Of a DNA stretch of 64,000 bases, positions 62,851 through 64,000 are shown piece after piece. Origin of the DNA: Octopus sinensis (Eukaryota). The notes under the pieces were generated by a model. It was not told where the DNA came from, ran no database searches, and saw only the letters and a program-made list of their open reading frames with translations. The stretch spans positions 1-64,000 of the forward strand of contig NW_021836135.1 in assembly GCF_006345805.1 (NCBI RefSeq). The letters run 5' to 3'. Both the position numbers and the translations under genes were made by a program. The number at the start of each line of letters is the position of its first letter. The first letter of the stretch is position 1.

Positions 62851-63325
62851 AAGGTGGCGAGCTGGCAGAATTGCTAGTACACCAGATGAAATGCTTAGCA
62901 TCACTGCATTCTGAGTTCATATTCCGCCGAGGTCGACTTTGCCTTTCATTTTTTCGGGCTCGATAAATTAAGTACCTATTTCTTTATTACCCACAAGGGG
63001 CTAAACATAGAGGGGACAAACAAGGACAGACATAGGTATTAAGTCGATTACATCGACCACAGTGCGTAACTGGTACTTAATTTATTGACCCCGAAAGGAT
63101 GAAAAGTAAAGTCGACCTCGGCGGAATTTGAACTCAGAACGTAACGGCAGACGAAATACTGCTAAGCATTTCACCCGACGTGCTAACGTTTCTGCCAGCT
63201 TGCAGCCTTGTATCATTATCAATAAATTAAGTACCGGTTACGCAATGGGGTTGACATAATCGACTAACCCCCCCCCCAAAAAAAAAAGTTTCAGGCCTTG
63301 TGCCTATTGTAGAAAGAATTATTAT
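62851..63325 (+). mobile_element. SINE A type-2 (62851-62976, 63222-63325) split by a reverse SINE A type-1 (62977-63209)
   Basis: 14-bp duplication ataaattaagtacc at 62963-62976 and 63222-63235. Confidence 0.85.
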
Positions 63326-64000
63326 TATGACATCAGCAATCAACATTCGTATTTGTTAAGGTAACTCTGAACATGAATATGGTAGTACTGGGCAAAATTG
63401 TGTTTACCCTAATCTTGCAAAATAGCGTACAGTAATACTTTACAAGTTAAACAAGGTGAAAAAACATGCTCTTTTACTCATTCAACTAGAATAGGAAAAA
63501 AAAAAGAAAAAATTGTATTAAGAATATACAACATATAGAGAAGTGAAGAGATTGTGAAAATAACAAATTAATCCTACCAAAGAGATTTTGTGCAAGATGC
63601 TTTAGTAATATAATCATCTTTCCTTTTCTAACAGAACCAAGTATTCAAAACAAATAATGAAATAGTCTAGTAAACCTTAAAATAAACCTAGTTCTAAGCA
63701 AAGAATATGCTTAAGAAAAGAAAGTCAATCAAATTCAGAGCATATATGGAGCCAAAGTATACAGCATGTTATGCAATGAGTTAGAAAGAAAATAATTATG
63801 AGTTCCTTTTTTACCAAATCAAATACTTGCATAAGTAGCAGAAAATTTACAGACAATCCAAACCACTACCAATGAGCTAATGATGGTACCTCTATATGGT
63901 TGTTTGCCAAGTTAGAAATAAAAGCTAAATTTCCCTCAAATCATAGCTACATCTTTAAAAATGGACACAGAGACACACTGTATATGTGTATATATATATA

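Overview
Very AT-rich, repeat-dense eukaryotic genomic DNA. The SINE families and microsatellites look like those of octopus (coleoid cephalopod); this is recognition from memory, not a database hit. Only one convincing host coding exon is present: 61827-62031 on the minus strand, the second half of an Ig domain of a lachesin/IgLON/DPR-like cell-surface protein, with clean AG/GT splice sites. No further exon was recognised, so most of the window is probably one very long intron or downstream DNA. The rest is a layered record of mobile elements. There are several tRNA-derived SINE families (called A, B and D here), an RTE-tailed element carrying a VNTR (family C), and decayed LINEs (RTE, R4/Dong, CR1, Penelope-like). 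There is also an internally deleted piggyBac, several MITE/foldback elements, a Helitron-type element and many microsatellites. The most interesting unannotated signal is a set of minimal hammerhead-ribozyme motifs (four clean, two degenerate) in Penelope-derived repeats, with covarying stems and a different palindromic helix III in each copy. Other notable signals are a GGT/ATT target microhomology rule for SINE A, an SVA-like VNTR element with a higher-order repeat, repeated snap-back hairpins, and locally templated insertions. Element boundaries are read by eye and approximate unless anchored by a TSD or splice site. Almost all ORFs in the supplied track are artefacts of repeats.
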